A stretch of 32,000 nucleotides of DNA from Verrucomicrobiota bacterium (GCA_008932965.1 WBXG01000002.1:22567-54566), one strand, 5' to 3'. Positions 1-10,415 are shown, counted from the stretch's first letter. The notes: generated by a model from the letters alone, not told the origin. Program-made: numbers and translations.

Positions 1-545
1 TCTGGGTAGCCTCCGGCAACAAGTCGCTCTTGGAGAGAGGGAGAAGACTCTTTTGTGTCAGAGCCTTCAATGCGTGGCTTGATTTTGTTAGCTAAAAAAT
101 CTTTCAAAAATTTTCCTGGGTGGTGTTCTTTTTCAGCTTCGCTGAAGGGATGTAGCTGCAGCACTTCCATGCGGCCTGCAAGCGAATCGCTGAGCTGAGG
201 CAGTAGCAGTAAGTTTGCAGAACCTGTAAGAATAAAACGTCCTGGGCGACGGTCATTGTCGACCGAAGTTTTGATGGCGCGAAGTAAGCGAGGGGCCCGT
301 TGTACTTCATCTAAAATAACTCGTTCTGGAAGATTTTTTACAAAGCCAGCAGGATCTTGGAGTGCCGTTAAAAGAATTTCTTCTTGATCTAAGTTGAGAT
401 AGGTATGTTTTGCAAATGCGGTGCGAACCAAGGTGCTCTTTCCGCATTGACGAGGTCCTAGAAGACAAATCACAGGAGTGTCCTTCATGGCCACTTTAAT
501 ACTACCTGTAAGAGGTCTCGGGTAGTAGGAAGAGGTATTTTCCAT
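1..545 (-). CDS. AAA+ ATPase, AAA_14/DUF4143-like family (N-terminal part; gene runs off the window start)
   Basis: Absent from the ORF track because it is truncated by the window edge. My own minus-strand translation from the ATG (complement of 543-545) reads MENTSSYYPRPLTGSIKVAMKDTPVICLLGPRQCGKSTLVRTAFAKHTYLNLDQEEILLTALQDPAGFVKNLPERVILDEVQRAPRLLRAIKTSVDNDRRPGRFILTGSANLLLLPQLSDSLAGRMEVLQLHPFSEAEKE..., with no stop down to position 1. It has Walker A GPRQCGKST and Walker B-like VILDEVQ, with the ILTGS layout typical of this ATPase family. Confidence 0.7.
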   Translation of the reverse strand, partial: MENTSSYYPRPLTGSIKVAMKDTPVICLLGPRQCGKSTLVRTAFAKHTYLNLDQEEILLTALQDPAGFVKNLPERVILDEVQRAPRLLRAIKTSVDNDRRPGRFILTGSANLLLLPQLSDSLAGRMEVLQLHPFSEAEKEHHPGKFLKDFLANKIKPRIEGSDTKESSPSLQERLVAGGYP

Positions 546-557
546 AGAGAGGATATC

Positions 558-643
558 GGGCGTTTGGGGAATTGAGGTGCGGGCGTTTGGGGAATTGAGG
601 TGCGGGCGTTTGGGGAATTGAAGTGCGGGCGTTTGGGGAATTG
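558..643. repeat. Tandem direct repeat, 23-bp unit GGGCGTTTGGGGAATTGAGGTGC, about 3.7 copies
   Basis: Copies lie at 558-580, 581-603 (identical), 604-626 (one G to A change) and 627-643 (truncated). They are head-to-tail with no spacers. The array starts 13 nt upstream of the ATPase start codon. Confidence 0.95.
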
Positions 644-684
644 TAAGGCTGCTATTTGGGGGATAGCAATAACGAATTTAGGAT

Positions 685-868
685 TAGCCCGCATATTTCA
701 TACTGAAGTGTCATGAGGCGCCGTGCAAAGGTTATTAGTACAAGGCGGGCGAAGGATTGGGATGCCGGGCTGTATGTTTCATACTGTCCAAATCACAATT
801 CGAGACCAACACAGTAATGATGAACTTTCCACAAGCCGTAATAGATTTAGTGTGAAATATGCGGGCTA
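685..868. repeat. Intergenic mosaic repeat element 1 (module A plus inverted module B), TA-flanked inverted termini
   Basis: The left terminus TAGCCCGCATATTTCATACTG (685-705) is exact. The right terminus tagtgtgaaatatgcgggcta (848-868) is its inverted copy with 2 mismatches. An internal variant ggctgtatgtttcatactg lies at 768-786. The interior is homologous to 6246-6313 and, inverted, to 2657-2770. Confidence 0.85.
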
Positions 869-918
869 GTCCAGAAAGCACTTTTTTTCTGGAGGTCTAT
901 CTGTTTTCCTTTTCAATC

Positions 919-1392
919 ATGGAAAATTTTATCACTAATAACCAACTAGCTGCACTGGGGGAAAAATATCGTCATGAGGGAAAGCGTCTCGTGTTAACCA
1001 ATGGCTGCTTTGACCTGCTTCACACTGGCCATGTCCGCTATCTGGAACAGGCCCGGCAGTTAGGGGATGTGCTGCTTATTGCAGTCAATAGCGACCGTTC
1101 GGTGCGCGAACTCAAAGGGCCGACACGTCCGTTAAATAATGAACACGATCGTGCTGAGGTTCTCGCTGCATTACGCTGTGTCGATTATGTGACTATTTTT
1201 GATGAATTACGGGTGAGTGATGTGATTCAAAAGCTAAAGCCCGCCATTTATGCAAAAGGGGGTGACTATACCCCAGAAACGCTTGATCTAGAGGAGAGAG
1301 AGGTGTTAGAGGAGTGCGACACGGTTATAGAGATTCTACCTTTAGTCCAGGATCGCTCTACAACTCGATTAATAGAGAGCTTGAGGAGTTAA
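919..1392 (+). CDS. hldC: D-glycero-beta-D-manno-heptose 1-phosphate adenylyltransferase-like cytidylyltransferase (RfaE domain II / HldC type)
   Basis: The ORF track 859..1392 contains LVLTNGCFDLLHTGHVRYLEQARQLGDVLLIAVNSDRSVRELKGPTRPLNNEHDRAEVLAALRCVDYVTIFDE, the nucleotidyltransferase HxGH signature of RfaE domain II. I place the start at ATG 919 (MENFITNNQL) because the ATG at 859 lies inside the repeat terminus. Confidence 0.8.
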   Translation: MENFITNNQLAALGEKYRHEGKRLVLTNGCFDLLHTGHVRYLEQARQLGDVLLIAVNSDRSVRELKGPTRPLNNEHDRAEVLAALRCVDYVTIFDELRVSDVIQKLKPAIYAKGGDYTPETLDLEEREVLEECDTVIEILPLVQDRSTTRLIESLRS

Positions 1393-1436
1393 TACCCGCT
1401 TCCATTGCACGTGGTGAGTAATCCAGCCTCCCTATT

Positions 1437-2597
1437 TTATCTATTTTTTAAGTAAAGTTCCTTAAGGGGTGTGTAGGCAGGTCTGGGATGGCGGTCAATA
1501 TCAACAATCCCCCACCATTCTTCATTAAAAACGTAATCAGGATAGGGGCCTTCTCCTGGTGCTACTATTCCTCCATTATCGTGTGTTAGTGGGGATCCAT
1601 TGGGATCTTTCCACCATTCATCATTCCATTCAAAAATACAGCCTCCAATTAAGACATTTTTCGGATTCACGGCAGACAAATTATTTAATATTTCGGTAAT
1701 AAGGCAGCGAGTAGCGATTTCCTGAGAGGCATCATCTTCGGCATTAATTAAAGTATTAAACGCATCTGCTCCACATTCTCCGATGTAGAGTGGCTTTGTC
1801 ATATGGCTGGCCCATTGATCAAGTCTATTACCAAAGCTCAATCCATGATAAATATTAATACCAAAAAGATCGACTGAATCGAGCTGAGCTAGTTGAGCTA
1901 AATGGGATCTATTTTTTAAAACTCTCGCAGAAACACCTGTGCTCACAGGATGCCTTTTATCAAGCAGTTTGATGTAAGTAGCACTGTTTTTCACGAGTTT
2001 CAAAGAATCCTGAAATCCAAGGCCCTGTGGATGTTTTAGATCCATTTTCTTACTATAAAAAAAGTTGATATCCCATTCATTTCCAATTTCCCAAATGAGA
2101 GTAGAGGGATGGTTTTTTAAAAGTGTTATAGTGGAACTCAGGTTTTGAAAGGAAGTTTGATGACTGCTTAGAACTGGAACAATCGTTCGTAGTTGATATT
2201 TCGTGAGTAGTTTGAGGATGCGTGAATCAATGATTGGAAAGTAAGTTCGAATCGTGTTGATACCTGCAGCGTGCATCATTTGAAAATCATGTTGAATAAC
2301 CGCTAAGTCTTTTACAGTAGGGTTATTGATCATGAGGTCCTCTGGAAAGTTTCCCCCTTTGCGGACAGGGCTATAACAGATTCCCTTCATAATAAAAGGT
2401 TCTCCATGAACTAGCAGTTGCCTTCCAGAAATAAATACACCCTCCTTAGAAGAGAAACTGGTCGCTTTTGCAGAATTCTTTAATGGAGCTAAAGAGGAGT
2501 TTTTTTGAGAAGGAGAAGAAAGTGGAAAAGAAGAGCCTATTCCAGATGAAATAATTATCACTAGTGAGACAAGTAAGAACAGTTTTAATCGCTTCAT
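1437..2597 (-). CDS. Secreted (beta/alpha)8 glycoside hydrolase, clan GH-A (GH5/GH72-like)
   Basis: 386-aa ORF with an N-terminal signal-like segment MKRLKLFLLVSLVIIISSG. It has the motifs GINTIRTY, IWEIGNEWD (acid/base NE), LYIGECGADAF (candidate nucleophile E) and IFEWNDEWWKD. The family assignment is approximate. Confidence 0.7.
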   Translation of the reverse strand: MKRLKLFLLVSLVIIISSGIGSSFPLSSPSQKNSSLAPLKNSAKATSFSSKEGVFISGRQLLVHGEPFIMKGICYSPVRKGGNFPEDLMINNPTVKDLAVIQHDFQMMHAAGINTIRTYFPIIDSRILKLLTKYQLRTIVPVLSSHQTSFQNLSSTITLLKNHPSTLIWEIGNEWDINFFYSKKMDLKHPQGLGFQDSLKLVKNSATYIKLLDKRHPVSTGVSARVLKNRSHLAQLAQLDSVDLFGINIYHGLSFGNRLDQWASHMTKPLYIGECGADAFNTLINAEDDASQEIATRCLITEILNNLSAVNPKNVLIGGCIFEWNDEWWKDPNGSPLTHDNGGIVAPGEGPYPDYVFNEEWWGIVDIDRHPRPAYTPLKELYLKNR

Positions 2598-2656
2598 AAT
2601 GCGTCAAAATATTACTTAAAATAGCCGTGCTAGGCTACAACGAATTGGTAGAGCCC

Positions 2657-2820
2657 TAACCCGCATATTTCATACTGATTCTGCTGCGGCTTGCGAATAC
2701 CTGATGGATACTGCGTCAGCTTCGAATTGCTCCTCGGGCAGTATGAAACATACAGCCGTCGTCCCAATCTATCAGCCTTCGCGGCCTCCTCGTCACGATC
2801 AGTGTAAAATATCCGAACTA
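2657..2820. repeat. Intergenic mosaic repeat element 2 (module B plus tail)
   Basis: Left terminus taacccgcatatttcatactg at 2657-2677 (1 mismatch). Internal variant cagtatgaaacatacagcc at 2739-2757. Degenerate right terminus cagtgtaaaatatccgaacta at 2800-2820. It is nearly identical to 11484-11595. Confidence 0.85.
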
Positions 2821-2893
2821 GATTTTTTTTGTTTGAAAACAAACTTGATGCTTGACTCCTCAACTCCTACTCTCATGGAACATTTTTTCAAAT

Positions 2894-3505
2894 ATGCCTG
2901 CTGAAACATCTTCCATCACTCCCCCTTCTTTATTCATGCTGTGGGAACAACATCGTTCAAAAATAATGATAGCATTACTTGTGGCGATGGGTCTGTTTTT
3001 TATTGTTGGAGTTCTTTTTTTCTGGAAACGCTCAGAGCGTCTTGCTGCAGAGAGCCTGTTGTCGAGTGTCAGTGGAGTAGAGGGATGGCAAAAAGTAGTT
3101 CATCGTTATCCCCACTCTGGAGCTGCTGCTAATGCCTTGTTGCTTTTAGCAGGAGCTCAAGCACACAATCATCATTTTGAAGAATCCAGTAAAACGTATG
3201 ATCAATTTTTGAAGTCCTTTTCACATAATCCCCTGGCCATTTCTGCCTATTTAGGAAAAGCCATGAATGAAGATGCGATGGGGCATGCAGATTGGGCGAT
3301 CCAAGACCTTCAAAAAGCAGTGGGGACCTATCCCAAATCCTATGCTGCTCCTGAGGCATTGCTGCTAGAGGCTCGGATCATGGCTCGGTTGGGTAAAAAA
3401 GAAGAAGCCAAACGTTTGCTGCAGATGATTGCAACCCAGTATCCTGATTCCCTAGTAAACACTATTGTTCTCAAACAACGCGTGGTCAGTCCTAGCCCCC
3501 AATAA
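2894..3505 (+). CDS. Membrane-anchored TPR-like repeat protein (YfgM/YbgF-like)
   Basis: ORF 2852..3505 has one hydrophobic helix (IMIALLVAMGLFFIVGVLFFW) followed by helical repeats with TPR-like A/L/Y spacing. The track start at 2852 is a TTG next to the repeat, so I prefer ATG 2894 (MPAETSS). The function is not known. Confidence 0.55.
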   Translation: MPAETSSITPPSLFMLWEQHRSKIMIALLVAMGLFFIVGVLFFWKRSERLAAESLLSSVSGVEGWQKVVHRYPHSGAAANALLLLAGAQAHNHHFEESSKTYDQFLKSFSHNPLAISAYLGKAMNEDAMGHADWAIQDLQKAVGTYPKSYAAPEALLLEARIMARLGKKEEAKRLLQMIATQYPDSLVNTIVLKQRVVSPSPQ

Positions 3506-3512
3506 AAAAGCG

Positions 3513-3541
3513 TTGATACCCCCCGTGCTGTTCACTAGAAT
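3513..3541 (+). promoter_or_regulatory. Sigma70-like promoter upstream of gyrB
   Basis: TTGATA (3513-3518), a 17-nt spacer, then TAGAAT (3536-3541). It sits 37 nt upstream of the gyrB ATG at 3578. Confidence 0.45.
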
Positions 3542-3577
3542 AGAACATTCGTTTAGATCCCTTTTGAGAGTTTTCCC

Positions 3578-6212
<2,635 letters not shown>

Positions 6213-6245
6213 TCTTTCTCTTGGACCCTCTCTTCTAGAGCAGGT

Positions 6246-6313
6246 TAACCCGCCTTGTACTAATGAGCTTTGCACGGCGCCTCGAGACGAACCAGTATGA
6301 AATATGCGGGCTA
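6246..6313. repeat. Intergenic mosaic repeat element 3 (solo module A, inverted)
   Basis: ttaacccgccttgtactaatgagctttgcacggcgcctcgagacgaaccagtatgaaatatgcgggcta. The terminus at 6293-6313 is exact. The element is the reverse complement of 685-749 apart from a 9-nt subterminal block. Confidence 0.85.
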
Positions 6314-6318
6314 GAGAG

Positions 6319-7911
6319 TTACGTTTTTAGGATTATCGTGTCACGGCACAATTCAGGATCGTGCTCAGGATAATCAAGTGTGTAGTGGAGTCCTCGACTC
6401 TCTTTTCGACTCATCGCAGATTGGACCATAAGCTGTGCCGTGGTCACGAGATTGCGCAATTCCAGAAGATCAGCAGATATTTTAAAGTTCCAATAAAAAT
6501 CTCGAATCTCCATTTCAAGATTTTTTAAACGTGTGGTTGCACGTTGAAGCCGCTTATCAGTTCGTACGATTCCCATGTAATCCCACATGAGGCGTCTGAT
6601 TTCATCCCAGTTGTGATGAATAACTACCCTTTCATCAAGATCCTGGGCATCTCCAGAGTGCCATGCAGGGAGTGCCATAGGATCTTGGTGATGATATTCT
6701 CCTCTGGCATGAGCCTCAGCACGGTGTGCCATCACCAGGGCCTCGAGGAGAGAATTGCTAGCAAGCCGATTTGCTCCGTGGAGGCCTGTGAAAGCTGTTT
6801 CTCCAATGGCATAGAGTCCAGCAATTGAGGTTGTGCCATGAAGATCTGTTTTAATACCTCCACATTGGTAATGAGCTGCCGGAACTACTGGAATCGGTTC
6901 TTGAGTAATATCAATCCCATTATGGAGGCATGTTTCATAAATCTTAGGAAAGCGTTGTTGCAAGAATATGGGGGATTTTGAGCGAATATCGAGATAGACG
7001 CATTCATCTCCCCTTTTTTTCATTTCAGCATCAATAGCACGTGCCACGACATCACGAGGAGCAAGCTCTCGACGAGAATCATAGTGCTCCATGAAGCGTT
7101 CCCCTGCACTATTGATTAAGAGACCACCCTCTCCGCGCACGGCTTCGGAAATGAGGAATGATTTTGCTTTAGGGTGGTAGAGGCAGGTGGGATGGAACTG
7201 CATGAATTCCATATTGGCAATGGCTGCTCCAGCTCGCCACGCTATGGCAATACCATCACCTGTAGCAATGTCCGGATTCGTCGTATAGAGATAGACTTTT
7301 CCGCATCCCCCTGTCGCAAGCACGGTCACATCAGTTCGGATTGTTTCGACACATTCCTTTTTTTCATCAAAAACATAAAGACCCACACAGCGAATGGGTC
7401 CATTCTTTTCACCAAGCTTTTCTGTGGTGATCAGATCGACTGCCATATGGTTTTCTAACAAGGTAATGTTGGGGTGCCTTAAGACAGCCGCAATCAAAGT
7501 TTGTTCAATTTCAAAACCAGTGCGATCCCGAGCATGTAAAATACGACGTTTGGAATGACCTCCCTCTTTTCCTAAATCGAGTTCATTTTTCCCATTCTCG
7601 TTAGTACGCTTATCAAAATCCATTCCGCAGGAAACGAGCTCGGCAATACAAGCAGGTCCCTCCTTAAGTATCGTTCTCACGACTTCTTCATTACAAAGTC
7701 CATCACCAGCAACTAAAGTATCACGAACATGGAGTTCCATGGAGTCCTCATCACTTGTGACGCATGCAATACCACCTTGTGCCCATGCAGTGTTAGAGTC
7801 ACTTCTCGAACGTTTGGTGACAATTGCTACCGAGCCCTGTTCTGCCGCTTTCAGAGCAAAGGTAAGTCCTGCGCTACCACTACCAACAATAACGTAGTTA
7901 AATTGATTCAT
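6319..7911 (-). CDS. nadB: L-aspartate oxidase
   Basis: 530-aa ORF with an FAD-binding N-terminus (YVIVGSGSAGL), the motifs TAWAQGGIA, HPTCLY, ISEAVRGEGG and AAHYQCGGI, and the succinate dehydrogenase/fumarate reductase flavoprotein fold typical of NadB. Confidence 0.9.
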   Translation of the reverse strand: MNQFNYVIVGSGSAGLTFALKAAEQGSVAIVTKRSRSDSNTAWAQGGIACVTSDEDSMELHVRDTLVAGDGLCNEEVVRTILKEGPACIAELVSCGMDFDKRTNENGKNELDLGKEGGHSKRRILHARDRTGFEIEQTLIAAVLRHPNITLLENHMAVDLITTEKLGEKNGPIRCVGLYVFDEKKECVETIRTDVTVLATGGCGKVYLYTTNPDIATGDGIAIAWRAGAAIANMEFMQFHPTCLYHPKAKSFLISEAVRGEGGLLINSAGERFMEHYDSRRELAPRDVVARAIDAEMKKRGDECVYLDIRSKSPIFLQQRFPKIYETCLHNGIDITQEPIPVVPAAHYQCGGIKTDLHGTTSIAGLYAIGETAFTGLHGANRLASNSLLEALVMAHRAEAHARGEYHHQDPMALPAWHSGDAQDLDERVVIHHNWDEIRRLMWDYMGIVRTDKRLQRATTRLKNLEMEIRDFYWNFKISADLLELRNLVTTAQLMVQSAMSRKESRGLHYTLDYPEHDPELCRDTIILKT

Positions 7912-7924
7912 AGAATTGAGAACC

Positions 7925-8830
7925 TTATTTCAGCTTTGCGACCTTCTCGTCACGATCAGTATGAAACATCCGGGTTAACCCAATATTATCAATGAGTCGT
8001 GTTTCGCCCATCTTAACAGCCACAAGAAGGCGAGCAGGAGTCGTGCTAGGAATAATCTTTTTTAGCGGTTGCAGGGTTTGCTCGTCTACAATTTCTATAT
8101 AGTCGATGATGGAATTAGGAATCGATTCAAGGTCTCCTCGCGTCGATTCAAGAAGTGCTGAAACGTTGCTTTCTCCCTCTAGTGTACGTGTTCTGGTTTT
8201 TCTAAGTGCTTCATAAATCTTGGAAGCCACGCTTCGATCTTGTAAAGAAAGCCGTGCATTACGTGAACTCATTGCAAGACCATCTTCTTCTCGTACGGTG
8301 GGGTGGGAAATCACCTCTGTTGGAAAATTGAGATTCCAGACTAATCGACGTGCTATTACAAGTTGCTGCCAATCTTTTTCACCAAAGAGCACGCGATCTG
8401 GGGTAACAATGTTAAAAAGTTTTGTAAGCACAGTAACAACACCGGAAAAATGCCCAGGACGGGAGGCTCCACAAAGATGTTGAGAAAGCTGATTTTCTTC
8501 AACATGAATAGAAGTATCGCAAGGATACATTTCTTCGACACTAGGGTGAAAAATAAGATCAACTCCAGTGCGCTGACACAGTGCTTTGTCAGCTTCAAAA
8601 GGACGTGGGTACCATTCTAAATCCTTCGCGATATTAAATTGCTTTGGATTCAGAAAAATAGAAACAGCAACAGTGCCTGATGTCCCTGCAAGCTCTCGTG
8701 CATGGCTTATGAGGGAGGCATGCCCTTCATGGAGAGCTCCCATGGTCGGGACAAAAACAAGAGGTCGTAATGCATCATTGCATATGCTCTGCATGAGAGA
8801 GACCTGTTCAATGACCTTCATGCTCACCAT
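7925..8830 (-). CDS. panC: Pantoate--beta-alanine ligase (pantothenate synthetase)
   Basis: Contains VFVPTMGALHEGHASLI (HIGH-type motif), AVSIFLNPKQF, FGEKDWQQL, GLAMSSRN and TRLIDN. The last ~16 codons (LTRMFHTDRDEKVAKL) are read from repeat element 4. Confidence 0.9.
   Translation of the reverse strand: MVSMKVIEQVSLMQSICNDALRPLVFVPTMGALHEGHASLISHARELAGTSGTVAVSIFLNPKQFNIAKDLEWYPRPFEADKALCQRTGVDLIFHPSVEEMYPCDTSIHVEENQLSQHLCGASRPGHFSGVVTVLTKLFNIVTPDRVLFGEKDWQQLVIARRLVWNLNFPTEVISHPTVREEDGLAMSSRNARLSLQDRSVASKIYEALRKTRTRTLEGESNVSALLESTRGDLESIPNSIIDYIEIVDEQTLQPLKKIIPSTTPARLLVAVKMGETRLIDNIGLTRMFHTDRDEKVAKLK
7932..7977. repeat. Intergenic mosaic repeat element 4 (terminal fragment) overlapping the panC 3' end
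   Basis: ctttgcgaccttctcgtcacgatcagtatgaaacatccgggtta aligns with 2775-2820 and 13480-13522. The terminus lies at 7957-7977 (3 mismatches). Confidence 0.75.
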
Positions 8831-8870
8831 GGAATAGGACGAAAGAGAATTTTCTCTTGTGGAGTAACTC

Positions 8871-9224
8871 TTAATGTCCCTCTTTTTTAACAGCAGGAGA
8901 AACTGGTGTTGGTAAAGGTATTTCCTTTTTTATCATGGGAGCAGGCTGTTTCATGAGTTGTTCCTGAATTTTTGTTGGGCCGCTCGAGGACCTCGCGTAG
9001 ACCACAGAAATAATCAGCGTGAGTAGAAAAAATAATCCTCCAAGCCAGACTGTGAATCTATTTAAAATCGTACTTGTCTGCGTTCCAAAGAGACTATCTG
9101 TCATGCTGCTTCCAAAGGCCGCTCCGAGGCCTTCGCTCTTGGGACGTTGCATTAAAACAACAATAATCATCAAGAGAGAAACAATAACAAGGGATGTCGT
9201 GAGTAAGGGAAGCAAGAGCCACAT
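8871..9224 (-). CDS. secG: Preprotein translocase subunit SecG
   Basis: Two TM segments flank LMQRPKSEGLGAAFGSSMTDSLFGTQTSTILNRFT, the SecG glycine-rich loop signature. It carries a proline/lysine-rich C-terminal tail. Confidence 0.75.
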   Translation of the reverse strand: MWLLLPLLTTSLVIVSLLMIIVVLMQRPKSEGLGAAFGSSMTDSLFGTQTSTILNRFTVWLGGLFFLLTLIISVVYARSSSGPTKIQEQLMKQPAPMIKKEIPLPTPVSPAVKKEGH

Positions 9225-9245
9225 AGCCGGGGATTATCCTCTGAG

Positions 9246-10415
9246 TTATCCTCTTTTGTAAAGCTGTAAAACAGCATTTCTAGCGGCATGATCTGCCTCT
9301 ATGATTTCTTCTAGTGTAGGAGTGGGGATACTAGGAAGCTGCTGCATCACGGTAGCAACATAATTCCAAATGGAGGGAAAAGAAATTTTCTCCTCGAGAA
9401 AAAGCTCCACGGCTTTTTCATTCGCAGCATTAAGAATGGCAGGCATCGTCCCTCCTCGTGTTCCGGCTTCTCTTGCCAGTTGAAGTGCTGGAAAAAGATC
9501 ATGACGGGGCTTTTCGAAATGAAGTGCTCCAATTTCTGCTAAGTTCAGCGGAGCGCATGGACCAGCGATACGCTGGGGATAGGTGATTGCAGATTGAATA
9601 GGAAGCATCATATCATTCCTGCTCATTTGAGCTAAAAGAGAGCCATCCACAAACTCGACCATGGAGTGAATGATGCTTTCTGGATGAATCACCACATCGA
9701 TTTTTTCCATTGGAAAACCAAAGAGATGGTGCGCTTCGATCATTTCAAGACCTTTGTTAAAGAGAGTTGCTGAATCGATCGTGATTTTAGATCCCATGTT
9801 CCAGGTTGGGTGACGAAGGGCCATGGAAGGAGTCACATGAGCAAGATGAGATGCTTCTGCTTTACGAAATGGTCCCCCTGAACAGGTAAGGATCAGACGG
9901 CGCACGGTAACAGGGTCACGACCTTCCAGGCATTGGAAAAGAGCATTGTGTTCGCTATCGATTGGAAGAACCTGGCGCTTGTATCTCTGAGCGGTGGTCA
10001 TTACTTCATGGCCAGCCATCACCAAAATCTCTTTGCTTGCTATAGCAAGATTCTTGCCTGCCTTTAATGCAGCCAATGCAGGTTTCAAGCCAGTAATACC
10101 GACAATTGCAATCACAATGAGTTCAGCTTCTGGTAAGGTTGCAAGCGTTAGCAATCCCTCCTCACCGTGAACAACCAAAGGTGCAGGGGAGGTAGTAGCG
10201 CATGATTCTATTAAGAGATCAGCATCTGTTTTTTCTTTTGTTGAGATCGCAGAGGGTCTGAACTCTTGAGTAAGTTCTATGAGACGGGGAAGATTATGGT
10301 AGCCAGAAATACCAACAATCTTCATTTGATCAGGAAGTGCTCGGGCCACTTTAGCGGCACTTTCTCCAATAGAGCCGGTGGATCCTAAAACAACAACACG
10401 ACGGGGAGAAAACAT
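9246..10415 (-). CDS. dxr: 1-deoxy-D-xylulose 5-phosphate reductoisomerase
   Basis: Contains VVLGSTGSIGESA, PIDSEHNALFQCL, RLILTCSGGPFR, HPTWNMGSKITIDSATLFNKGLE and IHPESIIHSMVEF, all conserved Dxr motifs. Confidence 0.95.
   Translation of the reverse strand: MFSPRRVVVLGSTGSIGESAAKVARALPDQMKIVGISGYHNLPRLIELTQEFRPSAISTKEKTDADLLIESCATTSPAPLVVHGEEGLLTLATLPEAELIVIAIVGITGLKPALAALKAGKNLAIASKEILVMAGHEVMTTAQRYKRQVLPIDSEHNALFQCLEGRDPVTVRRLILTCSGGPFRKAEASHLAHVTPSMALRHPTWNMGSKITIDSATLFNKGLEMIEAHHLFGFPMEKIDVVIHPESIIHSMVEFVDGSLLAQMSRNDMMLPIQSAITYPQRIAGPCAPLNLAEIGALHFEKPRHDLFPALQLAREAGTRGGTMPAILNAANEKAVELFLEEKISFPSIWNYVATVMQQLPSIPTPTLEEIIEADHAARNAVLQLYKRG

Noticed and set aside
104-310. 68-aa minus-strand ORF from the track.
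   Set aside because: It lies out of frame inside the much longer AAA+ ATPase reading frame, which carries clear Walker motifs.
558-643. Possible CRISPR array, since it consists of short direct repeats.
   Set aside because: The repeats are contiguous with no spacers, the unit is only 23 bp, and no cas genes are present. It is a plain tandem repeat.
485-694. 69-aa minus-strand ORF with the internally repeated peptide PQFPKRP.
   Set aside because: It is the translation of the 23-bp tandem array. A 23-bp period is not a multiple of 3, so the peptide repeat drifts between frames. It also overlaps the start of the ATPase gene.
859-918. The ATG at 859 as the start of the hldC-like gene.
   Set aside because: This ATG is part of the repeat terminal motif, and the added 20 residues have no counterpart in the protein family. 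ATG 919 is preferred.
2624-2656. tRNA-like fragment gccgtgc-ta-ggct...ttggtagagcc directly abutting the left end of element 2. The GGTAGAGC resembles a D-arm, which could hint at insertion next to a tRNA gene.
   Set aside because: The would-be D-loop is too long (about 13 nt). No anticodon arm, T-arm (GTTCRANNC) or acceptor 3' strand follows. It is probably a chance resemblance.
2739-2757. SOS/LexA-box resemblance of the internal motif (CTGTATGTTTCATACTG on the other strand), which also occurs near recA.
   Set aside because: It is not a CTGT-N8-ACAG palindrome, because the right half is TACT rather than ACAG. The motif occurs in all elements regardless of the neighbouring gene.
2630-2863. 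ORFs running through the repeat elements (2630..2863 -, 2704..2904 +, 11442..11687 -, 11422..11736 +, 11589..11792 +, 13370..13567 +). They share peptide strings such as QYEICGL, RRLYVSYCPRSNSKLTQYPSG and LTRSLPLVSP, which could suggest a repeated small-protein gene.
   Set aside because: The shared peptides are simply translations of the repeated DNA. Indels between copies shift the frame: LTRSLPLVSP and QYEICGL are in one frame at 13.4 kb but in two different frames at 11.6 kb. The starts are not conserved and both strands give ORFs. This behaviour fits noncoding repeats.
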